In this document: positions 41,587 through 52,607 of the stretch, piece by piece
How the letters are laid out: every line of letters begins with the position of its first letter
How positions within the stretch are numbered: position 1 is the stretch's first letter
Assembly: GCA_965208025.1 (NCBI GenBank)
Contig: OZ242302.1
Coordinates: forward strand, 176,696-240,695
Length of the DNA stretch: 64,000 bases
From: Rhodothermales bacterium
Lineage (GTDB): Bacteria; Bacteroidota; Rhodothermia; Rhodothermales; Bin80
Direction of reading: 5' to 3'
Translations under genes and position numbers: made by a program
Notes under the pieces: model-generated
Told to the model about the DNA's origin: nothing
The model's input: the letters and a program-made list of their open reading frames with translations, nothing else
The model's database searches: none

Positions 41587-42599
41587 ACCTTATACGTCGT
41601 GATGAGGCCGGTGAGTTCTCGTACTTTTTCCATACAGTTCTCGGCCTGTTTTCGTGCGTTCATGCCACCCTGATATAATACATCCTGAATGTAATCGGGA
41701 TCTTTAAGCAATTCCCTTCTTTTTTCTCGCGCCTCTGCAAAGTACTCTGTAACAAGTTCAATTAACACCTTCTTTGCGTGTCCATACCCGTACCCTCCTC
41801 GCTGATAGGCTTCTCTAATTTCTGATTGTTGTTCTTCCGATGCAAACAATCGGATAAGAGCAAACACATTATCTTGGTCAGGATCTTTGGGATCTTGAAG
41901 CGGAGTTGAGTCGGTCACAATTCGCATGATCCGATCTTTTAACTCTTTCCCTTCATCAAAAATGCCAATAGTATTTTCATAGCTTTTAGACATTTTGCGT
42001 CCATCAATTCCAGGAACAATGGCAACCTCTTTCATTATGTGTGCCTTGGGGAGTGGAAATAGTGGTTGATTGGGAGACCAGATCCGGTTGAACCGCTGCG
42101 CTGTATCCCGTGCGATCTCAATATGCTGTTTTTGGTCCGCCCCTACGGGAACCAGAGTTCCGCCATAAATGAGAATATCGGATGCCTGCAAAATTGGATA
42201 ATTAAACAAGCCACCGTTAGCAGAGAGTCCTTGAGCCACTTTATCCTTGTAGGATGTGGCCTTTTCCAACTGCGACACAGGTGTGAGGCAGAGGAAGATC
42301 CAAGTGAGTTCATTCAGATGCGGAACGTCACTTTGTACAAATAAATTGCCTCTGGATGGATCAAAGCCAAGCGCAAGGTAAGTGATGGCCGCATCCAGGG
42401 TGTAGGCCTTCAGCAGATCAGCATCCCGCACCGAAGTCATCGCATGGTAGTTAACGATGAAATAATACGACGGATGATTTTTGTGGAGTGAAATATGCTG
42501 TCTCATTGCACCAAAGTAATTTCCGAGATGCAATGTACCAGAGGATTGAATTCCAGATACGACAATGGTTTGATCTGGTGGAAAGGGATAGTCAGCCAT
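41583..42599 (-). CDS. trpS: Tryptophanyl-tRNA synthetase
   Basis: HLGN (HIGH-like), YPILQASDIL, VPVGADQ and KMSKS. Confidence 0.95.
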   Translation of the reverse strand: MADYPFPPDQTIVVSGIQSSGTLHLGNYFGAMRQHISLHKNHPSYYFIVNYHAMTSVRDADLLKAYTLDAAITYLALGFDPSRGNLFVQSDVPHLNELTWIFLCLTPVSQLEKATSYKDKVAQGLSANGGLFNYPILQASDILIYGGTLVPVGADQKQHIEIARDTAQRFNRIWSPNQPLFPLPKAHIMKEVAIVPGIDGRKMSKSYENTIGIFDEGKELKDRIMRIVTDSTPLQDPKDPDQDNVFALIRLFASEEQQSEIREAYQRGGYGYGHAKKVLIELVTEYFAEAREKRRELLKDPDYIQDVLYQGGMNARKQAENCMEKVRELTGLITTYKV

Positions 42600-43084
42600 C
42601 AAGCAATGGATGATGAAGCCAAAGTACGTCGTTCATTGAGTCGGATGAAGGAGAGTCTGGAATTGCTACTCTCATGAAGACGTCGAAGTACGGCCTCTGT
42701 GCGAAGATGGTGCTCAACGGGTTGTTCTGCGTCAAGTAACCTGCGAAATGAGTCCTCATAATCCCTCAGAAGTGAAAGGGCATTTTCGCACGGTAGCCTA
42801 AATGACTCAGGTTCCAGTGACGTACCATTGAAGGCAGTTTCCCCGCAACTGAAAACAACTTCCTTCAACTTTCCAATGTCAAGACGCAAATTCTTTAGAA
42901 GTGATTCAAGTTCCTCCTGATTTGACTCGGATTCAAGGCAGGAGTGGAGGTTAGAGTAGCTGTGCTTGAGTTTCACAGATTCTTCAATCAATATGTTCAG
43001 CCTTTGCGCGGTTTCCTTACGACTGATCGTTTTTCCTGCCCAGCCCTTCCGAAGCAAAGCTGTTTTAATTTCCTTAATGGTCAT
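42599..43084 (-). CDS. Hypothetical protein, helical (possibly ferritin-like four-helix bundle)
   Basis: 161-aa ORF whose stop overlaps the trpS start; amphipathic helices rich in Glu/Leu. Confidence 0.6.
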   Translation of the reverse strand: MTIKEIKTALLRKGWAGKTISRKETAQRLNILIEESVKLKHSYSNLHSCLESESNQEELESLLKNLRLDIGKLKEVVFSCGETAFNGTSLEPESFRLPCENALSLLRDYEDSFRRLLDAEQPVEHHLRTEAVLRRLHESSNSRLSFIRLNERRTLASSSIA

Positions 43085-43116
43085 GAAATCAGAATTAACT
43101 ATCGAAATATCGTTAA

Positions 43117-44613
43117 CTAATGAAGCCCATGTGAGGCAATGAGCAGTGCTTGCCAGAGTGCCTGCGCCTTGTTTTTTGTCTCTTCGTATTCAAGAGCAGG
43201 ATCACTATCAGCCACAATTCCGGCCCCCGCTTGAATAAAGATTTGGCCATTCTGGACAATCATTGTTCGTATGGCAATACATAAATCCATGTTCCCAGAA
43301 AAATCAATATAACCAACTGCACCTGCATAGATCCCTCGACGTGTTGGTTCAAGTTCGTCAATAATTTCCATCGCACGAACTTTCGGAGCGCCGCTAACAG
43401 TTCCGGCTGGAAAGCAGGCCCGAAGAACGTCCATGGCAGAGACATCCGTGCGCAACTGACCAGAAACTGCACTCACGATATGCATGACATGAGAATAGCG
43501 TTCAATGTATGCGTATCGGTCAACTTTGACCGTACCGAGTTGACTAATTCTTCCAAGGTCATTCCTCCCCAGATCAACCAGCATCAGGTGCTCGGCCCGC
43601 TCCTTGGAGTCAGATAGCAAGTCTTGTGCAAGCAATTCATCATCGGCTTGCGTTTGCCCCCGAGGTCGGGTTCCAGCAATAGGGAGGAGCTCGGCACACT
43701 CTCCTTCAACACGTACAAGAACTTCGGGCGAGCTACCAATGAGAGAGACCTCTCCTAAGTCAAGGTAGAAAAGATAGGGAGAAGGATTGACTTGACGAAG
43801 AGCTCGGTATAAATTGAATGGATCTCCATGGAATGAAAGTGAAAATCGTTGAGACAGAACAACCTGAAATATATCTCCTTCATAGATATTTTGCTTTGCC
43901 TGACGAACCACCGCTTCAAAATCTTCACGTTCAAAATTAGAGTCCATACTGTTTACATCAAGGCGTACAGGTTCGGGGCGTTCAATTGGAGATCGGAGAT
44001 TATTTTCAAGATGATCTATACGCTCATTTGCTTGTACGTAACTTTCGTCCAGATTGGAGTCAGGCGTAATAAATACACTTGCAATCAGCACAATCTGATG
44101 CTTGACTCGGTCAAAGGCGGCGATGGTATCATAAAAGCACCAAATTGCGTCTGGAAGATGAAGGTCATCGTTCGCTGGGTTGGGTAAATGCTCTATAAGT
44201 CGGACGTTATCATATCCCATATACCCAACTCCTCCACACCGGAATCTGGGTAATCCAGATAATTCCACTTCAACAAACTCTCCCATTAGTCCATGAAGAA
44301 CTTCAAATATGTCAGAACCAGCCTTAGTTTCACGTTCCCCCGTACGCGTGTACTCAATAGTTACTTCATGCCCATTAGATCGTACAATTTGGTAGGGATT
44401 ATGTCCGAGAAATGAGTAACGGGCCATATTCTCGCCTCCTTCTACGCTTTCGAGAAGGAATGCACGATGATTGTTATGCTTTCTGAGTGCTAATAGAGCA
44501 CCTACGGGTGTAAGTAAGTCGGCACTTAAACGTCGGTTAATCGGAACGACAAAGCGATGGACTCCTTTCGCTCGTTCTTGATCAACGATAAAATGAAATT
44601 CTTGACGCGTCAT
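43117..44613 (-). CDS. trpE: Anthranilate synthase component I
   Basis: LLESV, NPSPY, PIAGT, EHLMLVDLGRND and FPAGTVSGAPK. Confidence 0.96.
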   Translation of the reverse strand: MTRQEFHFIVDQERAKGVHRFVVPINRRLSADLLTPVGALLALRKHNNHRAFLLESVEGGENMARYSFLGHNPYQIVRSNGHEVTIEYTRTGERETKAGSDIFEVLHGLMGEFVEVELSGLPRFRCGGVGYMGYDNVRLIEHLPNPANDDLHLPDAIWCFYDTIAAFDRVKHQIVLIASVFITPDSNLDESYVQANERIDHLENNLRSPIERPEPVRLDVNSMDSNFEREDFEAVVRQAKQNIYEGDIFQVVLSQRFSLSFHGDPFNLYRALRQVNPSPYLFYLDLGEVSLIGSSPEVLVRVEGECAELLPIAGTRPRGQTQADDELLAQDLLSDSKERAEHLMLVDLGRNDLGRISQLGTVKVDRYAYIERYSHVMHIVSAVSGQLRTDVSAMDVLRACFPAGTVSGAPKVRAMEIIDELEPTRRGIYAGAVGYIDFSGNMDLCIAIRTMIVQNGQIFIQAGAGIVADSDPALEYEETKNKAQALWQALLIASHGLH

Positions 44614-44745
44614 ATTGACTTATACGCATAATAGAACAATTCCATACCATCAAATTAAGAAATTATTGATCCATGGAATAATCACGTCCTAGTGGATAAA
44701 TTGATGAATAGAATTCATAAATTTGCCTAAACAAAATCAGACAAC

Positions 44746-45927
44746 ATGGCTAATCTTGTCTATCGGAAAACGATTGAACGATTTCTTTACATACTTTCCC
44801 TCGCCGGTGTCGGCTTAACCCTTCATATAGCACTTTGGTATGGAGGAGAGAACAGCGGTAGTGGAGATCCATTCTGCGGAGTTGAATCGAACTGTGCTGG
44901 TGTCATTGCCAACGATCCTGCTCCGTTTGGAATTCCAAGTGTATGGTGGGGCGTTCTGTTTTACACCTTGATCGGAGTCGGGACTCTGCTGATCACTCGA
45001 AATACAGGTGGATGGGGAAAAAGGCTGATGACTGGCCGAGTCATCCTGGTAGGTTTAGCTTGGTTGTATTCCCTCTTCCTTACAGCCTTGCAGGTCATTG
45101 CCATTGATGGATGGTGTCAGCTATGCTTCTTTTCGTTCTCCATTGCGACACTCATTGCAGTATTTACGTTCTCGGGTCTATTTTTGAGATCTAGCCCCAA
45201 TGCTCCAGTGCAAGCGCCAGCCAATGAGAAGATATTTCATGGAGCGGTTGCACTGCTTCTACTTGTCTTTCTCGTTTGGGATTACACAAATGTTTCTGGA
45301 ACTGATGATTCAGTTGGGTTAGCTGTGGATAGTGAAGAGACCATTGATCCAGCGTTATGTACCTATGATCCTGCGACCCCTGCCTTTGAGAATGTAGATC
45401 AACTTGTCATGGACTATGATCCTATCAAGGGTGCGGTGGATGCGCCGATTCTGGTGATGGAGTTTCTGGATCCCAATTGTAATCATTGTAAGACGGTTCA
45501 TCCGCATATAAATGCACTTGCGGAGGCATATCCCGACTCGGTGCGGGTTGTATACAAACCACTGCCGATCGTTGGTGGCCCGACTCATTCACTTGATGAA
45601 ATTGCTGCTCTCTACTACGCGAATGAAGAGGGAGTATTTGAGGAAATGCTTGATTTAGTGTTTGAGAATCAATCGCCTGCCACTGGACTTTCCATTGATC
45701 GTCTTGCCGATTTTGCCGATGATCTCGGTTTGGATGAAGCAGATTTTCGCAGGGCCATTAGTGATCGTAGATATTCGTCTATGATCGTTCAGACGCAGCG
45801 AATTTTTGATGGAATGGGATTCACGGGAGTCCCCGTAATTATCATTGGTGGTCGTGAGATTAGCAGTTCTAGCCGTAACATTGGGTGTCTTCAGCATTTT
45901 GTTGAACAGGCCAAACTTCAATTATAG
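44746..45927 (+). CDS. VKOR (vitamin K epoxide reductase) - DsbA/thioredoxin fusion
   Basis: Loop cysteines FCGVESNC, TM CxxC (WCQLC), periplasmic DPNCNHC and cis-Pro GVP. Confidence 0.88.
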   Translation: MANLVYRKTIERFLYILSLAGVGLTLHIALWYGGENSGSGDPFCGVESNCAGVIANDPAPFGIPSVWWGVLFYTLIGVGTLLITRNTGGWGKRLMTGRVILVGLAWLYSLFLTALQVIAIDGWCQLCFFSFSIATLIAVFTFSGLFLRSSPNAPVQAPANEKIFHGAVALLLLVFLVWDYTNVSGTDDSVGLAVDSEETIDPALCTYDPATPAFENVDQLVMDYDPIKGAVDAPILVMEFLDPNCNHCKTVHPHINALAEAYPDSVRVVYKPLPIVGGPTHSLDEIAALYYANEEGVFEEMLDLVFENQSPATGLSIDRLADFADDLGLDEADFRRAISDRRYSSMIVQTQRIFDGMGFTGVPVIIIGGREISSSSRNIGCLQHFVEQAKLQL

Positions 45928-45932
45928 CCTAA

Positions 45933-47918
45933 ATGATTTCTAAAGAGACTGAGAATCTTTGCATTGACACCATACGGATGTTGGCGGTTGATGCTGTTCA
46001 ATGTGCACATAGCGGTCACCCAGGTATGCCCATGGGGGCTGCCCCGATGGCGTATGTCCTCTGGACCGAATTTTTGCGCCATAACCCGGCCGATCCCAAC
46101 TGGTTGAATCGAGACCGATTCGTTCTTTCCGCTGGACATGGATCCATGCTTCTATATGCGATCCTTCATCTGACGGGCTATGATCTTTCATTGGATGAGA
46201 TCAAGGATTTTCGGCAATGGGGAAGCAAAACCCCGGGGCATCCTGAATATGGACTGACCCCAGGAGTAGAAACCACGACGGGGCCACTTGGGCAGGGATT
46301 TGGGAATGGGGTCGGGATGGCAATTGCGGAAGCTCATCTCTCGGCCCGTTTTAATCGTGAAGGGGCAAATCTCATTGATCACTATACCTACGGAATTGTC
46401 TCCGATGGAGACCTGATGGAGGGGATTTCGCACGAGGCCGCCTCGTTGGCGGGTCATCTGGGTTTAGGCAAACTGATTTACCTGTGGGATGATAACCAGA
46501 TTACGATTGATGGGGATTTGCGACTTGCTTCCTCAGAGAATATAGCGGATCGCTTTACTGCTTATGGTTGGCAGGTTGTTCAAGATGTTGACGGTCAAGA
46601 TTCTGACGCTATTCGCGGGGCGATCACAATCGCTAAGGCATGTGAGGGTCAACCTTCTCTTATCTGCGTTCGCACAACCATTGGACATGGCAGTCCGAAT
46701 AAGGCGGGAACTGCTGCTGCACATGGTGCTCCGCTGGGTGCAGAAGAAGTAATTCTGACCAAAGAGGCCCTGGGATGGGAGGCAGACTCTCTCTTTCACG
46801 TACCGAAGGAAGTCCGTGCTGTAATGGACTGTACTTCCAGGGGAGCAGAGCATCAGAATGAGTGGCTCTTGACCAAATCCGATTATGCGCGTATGTATCC
46901 TGCAGATTTGGAGTTATTGGATTCCTATCATGATCAAGTACTCCCGAAGGGTTGGTCTGATGAGTTAACCTCCCTTCCTATGGACGAATCCATCCCCACC
47001 AGATCAGCCAGCGGACTCGCACTCAATGCACTTCTGAAGAGAATGCCCTGGCTAATAGGGGGGTCGGCAGATCTCACGGGGTCTAACAAGACAAAGGGGG
47101 AGGGGCAGATTCCATTGACGCGAGAAGAATTATCTGGTACCTACATTTATTATGGAGTCCGTGAGCATGCAATGGCTGCGATCAGCAATGGCATGGCTCT
47201 CCATGGCGGGTTACGTCCTTATTGTGCGACGTTCTTGGTATTCAGTGATTATTTAAGGCCATCCATGCGTCTCAGTGCATTGATGGGGATACCAGTGATC
47301 TATATTTTCACGCATGATTCTATCGGAGCAGGGGAGGATGGGCCTACACATCAGGGGATAGAGCAAGTCATGTCTCTTCGAGCGATCCCGAACCTTCTTG
47401 TCCTGCGACCCGCGGATGCGAACGAAACCCGATTCGCATGGTGTGAGGCCATCAAAAGAAAAGATGGCCCTACGGCTCTGATCCTTACTCGGCAGACCGT
47501 TTCTCCTGTAACTGGAGATTTCGATCTGGTTGCCCGCGGTGCATATATCGTCATCAAGGAGAGTAAACCTGATCCTGATGTCGTACTCATCGGAACGGGA
47601 AGTGAATTACAACTTGCGGTTACGGCCGCATCCCTATTGGAGTCCGAGGGGATTGCTACACGCGTCGTAAGTATGCCATCTTGGGAGTTATTTGCCTCTC
47701 AGCCCAAATCATATAGGGAAGAGATTTTACCCCAATCCGTTTCCGTGCGCATTTCGGTTGAAGCAGGAACCTCTCTTGGCTGGCAGCGCTACGCAAGCCA
47801 CATGATCAGTATTGATCATTTTGGCGCTTCCGCCCCTGGCAACATCCTCTTTGAGCAGTTTGGCTTCACTGTTCAGCACATCGTGAATATGGCGCGCTCT
47901 GCTGTTATCGGAGATTAA
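45933..47918 (+). CDS. tkt: Transketolase
   Basis: [28 protein letters not shown] and EDGPTHQ. Confidence 0.97.
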   Translation: MISKETENLCIDTIRMLAVDAVQCAHSGHPGMPMGAAPMAYVLWTEFLRHNPADPNWLNRDRFVLSAGHGSMLLYAILHLTGYDLSLDEIKDFRQWGSKTPGHPEYGLTPGVETTTGPLGQGFGNGVGMAIAEAHLSARFNREGANLIDHYTYGIVSDGDLMEGISHEAASLAGHLGLGKLIYLWDDNQITIDGDLRLASSENIADRFTAYGWQVVQDVDGQDSDAIRGAITIAKACEGQPSLICVRTTIGHGSPNKAGTAAAHGAPLGAEEVILTKEALGWEADSLFHVPKEVRAVMDCTSRGAEHQNEWLLTKSDYARMYPADLELLDSYHDQVLPKGWSDELTSLPMDESIPTRSASGLALNALLKRMPWLIGGSADLTGSNKTKGEGQIPLTREELSGTYIYYGVREHAMAAISNGMALHGGLRPYCATFLVFSDYLRPSMRLSALMGIPVIYIFTHDSIGAGEDGPTHQGIEQVMSLRAIPNLLVLRPADANETRFAWCEAIKRKDGPTALILTRQTVSPVTGDFDLVARGAYIVIKESKPDPDVVLIGTGSELQLAVTAASLLESEGIATRVVSMPSWELFASQPKSYREEILPQSVSVRISVEAGTSLGWQRYASHMISIDHFGASAPGNILFEQFGFTVQHIVNMARSAVIGD

Positions 47919-47920
47919 TC

Positions 47921-48325
47921 ATGCGACGCTATGGTTTTGGCCTGCTTTTCGTGTTACTGATCCGAGCCAATGCGACTGGCCAGTTTGCAGGGGAGGAATA
48001 TTGGAACGATCTATTCGTCCATGAGGGAGTCCGATTTCTATACGTTTTCTATCCCAAGGCAGACACGATAAATGATGGGGTTGTCATGATGCTACAGAAC
48101 CAGAATAACTACGGTATAAACTATCGCTTCACGATCATATTTGAATCTTGGGAGGGTACGGCATCTAAAGATGTTGAGGGATCTTTGAAGCCTTTGGAAA
48201 TGAAAACAGGAGACTCAGAAAATCTATTTTGGATCCCTTTTGATGATGGACGTTCGCTTGGTGCCATCAGGATGCGGAATTATCATATTGCTCCCGATGA
48301 CCAATCCACTTCCTACCTTCAATGA
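47921..48325 (+). CDS. Hypothetical secreted protein
   Basis: Signal-peptide-like start and beta-rich body; begins 2 bp after the tkt stop. Confidence 0.6.
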   Translation: MRRYGFGLLFVLLIRANATGQFAGEEYWNDLFVHEGVRFLYVFYPKADTINDGVVMMLQNQNNYGINYRFTIIFESWEGTASKDVEGSLKPLEMKTGDSENLFWIPFDDGRSLGAIRMRNYHIAPDDQSTSYLQ

Positions 48326-49019
48326 ACATCCTTCTACAAACAAGAGGATCTCTCTTTCAGCTCAGAGTTTCGTAACGAGTATTTACCTGCTGGAGGATAC
48401 GTTTTTCCAATCTCAGGCGAATACGGTAAAGGTGTTGCCCAGCATTGATTGGATGAATACACTAAGCGAATTATCTGGTGAGTAATCCGCTCTATTCAAG
48501 TATGGTCGGGAAAGGATGGGAAAGTGCTAGATTGGATAGCGATTTAATTTCAACGTTGCGTTGGCTTTTGTTATTCTTCTTGTGTGTGGATTGCAACCTG
48601 TACTGGTAACTAGGTAAGATCTCCCCCGCTGCTCATCTGGATACAGGGTTGTAGTGATGATACTCAGCCCATATCTGTTTCGGCATTACCCACCTACACC
48701 AGAGTGGAGAAATGATTGACCTGACCCTGTTCAAAAACACATTACGATGGGTAATTATCGAATGGATCATGCTCCAACGAGTCTGATTCGCTACAATCTC
48801 GTGAAACCAATGAAGCAATTATGGGACCGAGTGGCTGGACCAAGCACTTACATGTTGGATAGATAAATCATGACCATTTTGGATGTGTTTAGTCCAGAAA
48901 TTTCTGGTTTATGGTAGGCCCGCAAGCTTTATATCCCCAACATCTCGTACTCAATTTGAAATGAGGCCGCAATCTCATCAGCAGACCATTCAATCTGTGA
49001 ATTTTTCGTGAAGAAAATA

Positions 49020-49033
49020 TGGTAGCGCTTCCA
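49020..49033. promoter_or_regulatory. Candidate LacI/GalR-family operator
   Basis: TGGTAGCGCTTCCA is a near-perfect palindrome with the central AGCGCT typical of LacI-family sites, about 230 bp upstream of the TBDR operon. Confidence 0.5.
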
Positions 49034-49193
49034 CACTAAATTGAGATAAGGATACATAATACATACTAAACCACCTGATAAGTATGAACATAGGATCCTT
49101 TAATATGATTGTCATCTCCCGTTCATATCCGTGATTTTTTTCGGATCAACTAGACCTCGGTTACAAAATTGTGCCTAGGAATCATCAAATAAC

Positions 49194-49221
49194 TTGCAAA
49201 TGTTCCGATAATAATTATATT
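49194..49221 (+). promoter_or_regulatory. Putative sigma70 promoter of TBDR operon
   Basis: TTGCAA-N16-TATATT, about 45 bp before the ATG at 49265. Confidence 0.4.
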
Positions 49222-49264
49222 GAGCGTCATTCACTTCTTCAACTTCAACTTACCGTCTGAGATA

Positions 49265-52200
49265 ATGAACTATCGTTTCTCAATTTTCTTCTTGATGATG
49301 CTTTTTTGGTCGGGTGCTGTTGCGGTCGCACAGACTGGAAAAATTTCAGGCATGGTGGCAGATGCCAATAACGAGCCGCTGCCCGGAGTTAATGTGATCA
49401 TTGATGGAAGCGCTATCGGTGCTGTCACCAATATAGATGGCATATTTTCCATTTTGAATGTACGTCCAGGTATTCATACGCTTCGTGCTACATTTGTCGG
49501 ATTTACCCCTGTTACGGTGGAAGAAATCCGAGTGGCAATTGAACTCACTACCGAGGTGAATATTGTGATGCAGGAAGACACGGCCGAGTTAGACGAAATT
49601 GTCGTTGTTGCGGAGCAGCCAATCATCCAACGTGATATCGCAGCTTCCCAGAGAAACATTGATTCCGAAGAACTTCAAAATTTAAAGTACCAATCGGTCG
49701 CGCAGGTGCTTACATCTCAGGTTGCGTTTAGTGACATTTCCAGTGTTGAGGACAGACCGCAGATTCGAGGCTCTTTCTTTGATCAATCACTCTATATCGT
49801 TGACGGTGTGAATTACAACGATCCACTCACCAATACTCCTCACTATCAAACAAATTTGGATGCTGTTGAAGAGATCAAGATTCAAACAGGTGGATTTAGT
49901 GCAGAGTACGGAGATGTTCGGTCGGGGGTCATTAATGTTGTGACACGCGAAGGTGGAGATCGCATTACTGGAACGATCAATGCGCAGCTCAGTCCAGCGG
50001 CCTATAAGCATTTTGGTCCAGGCCCATTTGATTTCAATTCTCCAATTGTAGCGCCGTTCGTGGATCCAGGATTAGGAGCTTTTGAAGGAGGTAATTCATT
50101 CTTTGACGGATGGGATCAGGTCGCCGCCGATCTTCCAGAGAGCGAGGCACATGCTGGTGCTCCAATGGAATTATATGCTCGTTATCTTTGGAGACATCGC
50201 TCGCAAGATGCGATTGACGAGTTAAAACGATTGCAAGATCAGGGAATCGTTCAGTTTGCTGAGGGACTCAACCCAGATGATTTGGTTTTTCATCAGACGG
50301 GGGTAAATCCAGACTATCGCTTAAGTGCCACACTTGGTGGCCCTGTTCCATTTTACCGTCCGATGAAATTCTTCTTTAGCTTTGACAGGAGAGAGTCTGA
50401 GTACGCCTATCGTTTTCCAGAGTCAAGTTTTCTGTCAAATAATTTCCGTGGTAAGCTGACCACCAATTTCGGAGGTGGAAAGAAACTCAATTTACATGGG
50501 AATTATAGTGTTGAGGTTGGAGGTGATGGCGGGCAAGGGGCTGGAATTGGTGGATTCATTGCAAGCAATCCCTTCACTTCAACGGGGTCTACGAATAAAT
50601 ACTGGTATCCTCACTGTGCTGTACCTGCGGATCGTACCCGTCAGATCTATGGAGGACAATGGACACACGCTCTATCCGCAAATACTTTTTATGAACTCAA
50701 GTTGACGCACGATCGAGTTGATTACGCCATGGATCTTACCTTTCGTAACACAGCTCCCATTCCTGGATCGGGTGGGGTTACGAGTTCCTCAAAAACAAGT
50801 GGTTCAGGGATTGATGGAGGACGTATAGGGACGGAGCAGGAGGCAATGGATCGTGCGGCTTCAGGTCAGGAAGGCTGGGAAAATTGGCGTGAATGGGCGC
50901 TTCTTCGGATCGGACAGCACTGGTACGACGAGGCACCCAAAGGATACGGTCCTGTCAACTGGCGAGATGTGACAGGCGAGTATCGAATGGAGTCCTGTAA
51001 TCTGCGTCTAGATGCATCCGACTCTCGCGGCTGGGATGCTGTGGCCAATTTCACGAGTCAAGTGAATGAATCCAATCAGATTCGCATGGGAGTGCAGTTT
51101 CGTTCAGAAGATTTTGATACGTACTATGAAGCCATTGACCCATCGGTCAACTCTGGTAGTGTTTGGGATTCTCAGGCAGCTCACTACATCGGAGCGGCGT
51201 ATCTCCAAAATAAATTAGAATTTCAAGGATTTGTGGCTACGGTTGGTGCACGGTTAGACGTACTTAGTTCAGGTGATTATCCTGCTGTTCTGGATGGATG
51301 TGATCTTTTTGGGACAGGCGATACCTCTGAGTGCTCTATGGAGGGATCATCTGGCCCTTACTCCGATGGCCTTGCGGCTGGAAATACCACCGTAGAAGTT
51401 GAAGATGGCCGCCTGTTAGACAGCCGAGAAACCGTTGTCCATGAGTCGCTGGGACCTAGCCGAATCACTCAAGCTCGCGTATCTCCCCGCATTGGTCTTT
51501 CGCACCCGATTGGAAGCGTTGCCAAGGTATTTGTGAATTACGGACACTTTTACCAATGGCCCAATGCAATTCAAATGTACCGAACCCGGCTGGATACTCG
51601 CCGTGGTTTTCGCGTGATAGAGTTTGGTAATCCCTCATTAAAACCAGAGCGGACGATTCAGTATGAGGTAGGGTACGAACAGAACTTGTTTAATAGCATG
51701 AATTTGCGGATGACAGGCTATTACAAAAATATTAATGGAGAAATTAGCAATATTAACTTCTACCCACTGAGCTACGGAGGCGGGGCTTACAATATTCCAG
51801 TGAATCGGCGTTATGCTGATGTGCGTGGAATTGAAGCGTTTTTAGAATTACGACGCGGAATCGTGCCGTATCTCAGTGGTTGGTTTAGCTTTAATTATCT
51901 TGTGTCCAGTGGAGCAAATTATGGGTTTGACCGCTTTTTTGAGGATCCCATCCGCCAGCCTCGGCTGTCAAATACTCAGGTATCAAACCCTGATGTCCGC
52001 CCGATCATTAAAGGAAGTTTGAGCTTTCAATTACCTGAAAATTTCCGCGGTCCGCAACTTGGTGATGGATCTCTATTGGGTGGGTTGAATTTGTCGCTCA
52101 CTTACACTTGGCGAAGAGGGCGGCAGTTTACATGGAATCCAGCACAAGTTCCTCTGGTTGAGGATAATCTTCGTTGGAAGCCCTATCAAAGATGGGATAT

Positions 52201-52555
52201 GCGGTTGACAAAGTCTCTTTTCCGTACGGGCAGTTATGATACATCGTTCTATATTGATGTGACAAATCTGTTTAACGTCCGAAATATGTCGTCCTTCTCG
52301 GGCAGTGATCTTGACAACAATGTTGGATGGGCTTGGGATGGCCATAAATGGTGGAAAAGCGAGAGAAGAGATTACATGGAGTCGCTCGGATATTCCGCCG
52401 AAAATCAGGTACCAGCAGATCCAGATGGAAACTTCAATAATACGATTGGTCGGCCTGGCGATTGGGATAATGACCAGATAGACCTGCCTGCCTTTTCCCC
52501 CTGGACGTTCCTGGAGCGACGTGATATATTCTTCGGAATTCGTGTCAGTTACTAA
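49265..52555 (+). CDS. TonB-dependent receptor (large, CarboxypepD_reg N-domain)
   Basis: Signal peptide ending AVAQ, TGKISG..PLPGVNV, plug QIRG/IVDGV/TGGFSAEYG..SGVINVVTREG, SPRIG, GNPSLKPERT and C-terminal FGIRVSY. Confidence 0.92.
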   Translation: MNYRFSIFFLMMLFWSGAVAVAQTGKISGMVADANNEPLPGVNVIIDGSAIGAVTNIDGIFSILNVRPGIHTLRATFVGFTPVTVEEIRVAIELTTEVNIVMQEDTAELDEIVVVAEQPIIQRDIAASQRNIDSEELQNLKYQSVAQVLTSQVAFSDISSVEDRPQIRGSFFDQSLYIVDGVNYNDPLTNTPHYQTNLDAVEEIKIQTGGFSAEYGDVRSGVINVVTREGGDRITGTINAQLSPAAYKHFGPGPFDFNSPIVAPFVDPGLGAFEGGNSFFDGWDQVAADLPESEAHAGAPMELYARYLWRHRSQDAIDELKRLQDQGIVQFAEGLNPDDLVFHQTGVNPDYRLSATLGGPVPFYRPMKFFFSFDRRESEYAYRFPESSFLSNNFRGKLTTNFGGGKKLNLHGNYSVEVGGDGGQGAGIGGFIASNPFTSTGSTNKYWYPHCAVPADRTRQIYGGQWTHALSANTFYELKLTHDRVDYAMDLTFRNTAPIPGSGGVTSSSKTSGSGIDGGRIGTEQEAMDRAASGQEGWENWREWALLRIGQHWYDEAPKGYGPVNWRDVTGEYRMESCNLRLDASDSRGWDAVANFTSQVNESNQIRMGVQFRSEDFDTYYEAIDPSVNSGSVWDSQAAHYIGAAYLQNKLEFQGFVATVGARLDVLSSGDYPAVLDGCDLFGTGDTSECSMEGSSGPYSDGLAAGNTTVEVEDGRLLDSRETVVHESLGPSRITQARVSPRIGLSHPIGSVAKVFVNYGHFYQWPNAIQMYRTRLDTRRGFRVIEFGNPSLKPERTIQYEVGYEQNLFNSMNLRMTGYYKNINGEISNINFYPLSYGGGAYNIPVNRRYADVRGIEAFLELRRGIVPYLSGWFSFNYLVSSGANYGFDRFFEDPIRQPRLSNTQVSNPDVRPIIKGSLSFQLPENFRGPQLGDGSLLGGLNLSLTYTWRRGRQFTWNPAQVPLVEDNLRWKPYQRWDMRLTKSLFRTGSYDTSFYIDVTNLFNVRNMSSFSGSDLDNNVGWAWDGHKWWKSERRDYMESLGYSAENQVPADPDGNFNNTIGRPGDWDNDQIDLPAFSPWTFLERRDIFFGIRVSY

Positions 52556-52607
52556 ACTTAGATGAAATTTTCATGGTCAGTAGTCTGTTTGACTACGATC
52601 CTTTCTT

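Noticed and set aside
44610-44650. Possible trp attenuator leader: minus-strand uORF MELFYYAYKSI whose TGA overlaps the trpE ATG, plus an alternative frame starting MVW
   Set aside because: There are no tandem Trp codons and no terminator/antiterminator hairpins, and short ORFs arise easily in this AT-rich divergent promoter region.
48633-48818. ORF ending EYHHYNPVSR resembling the YIHxNPV motif of REP-associated tyrosine transposases
   Set aside because: There is no HUH motif or other supporting similarity, so it is likely chance.
48326-49260. Cobalamin or TPP riboswitch ahead of the TonB receptor
   Set aside because: I could not find the conserved core motifs of either riboswitch by eye; an Rfam scan would settle it.
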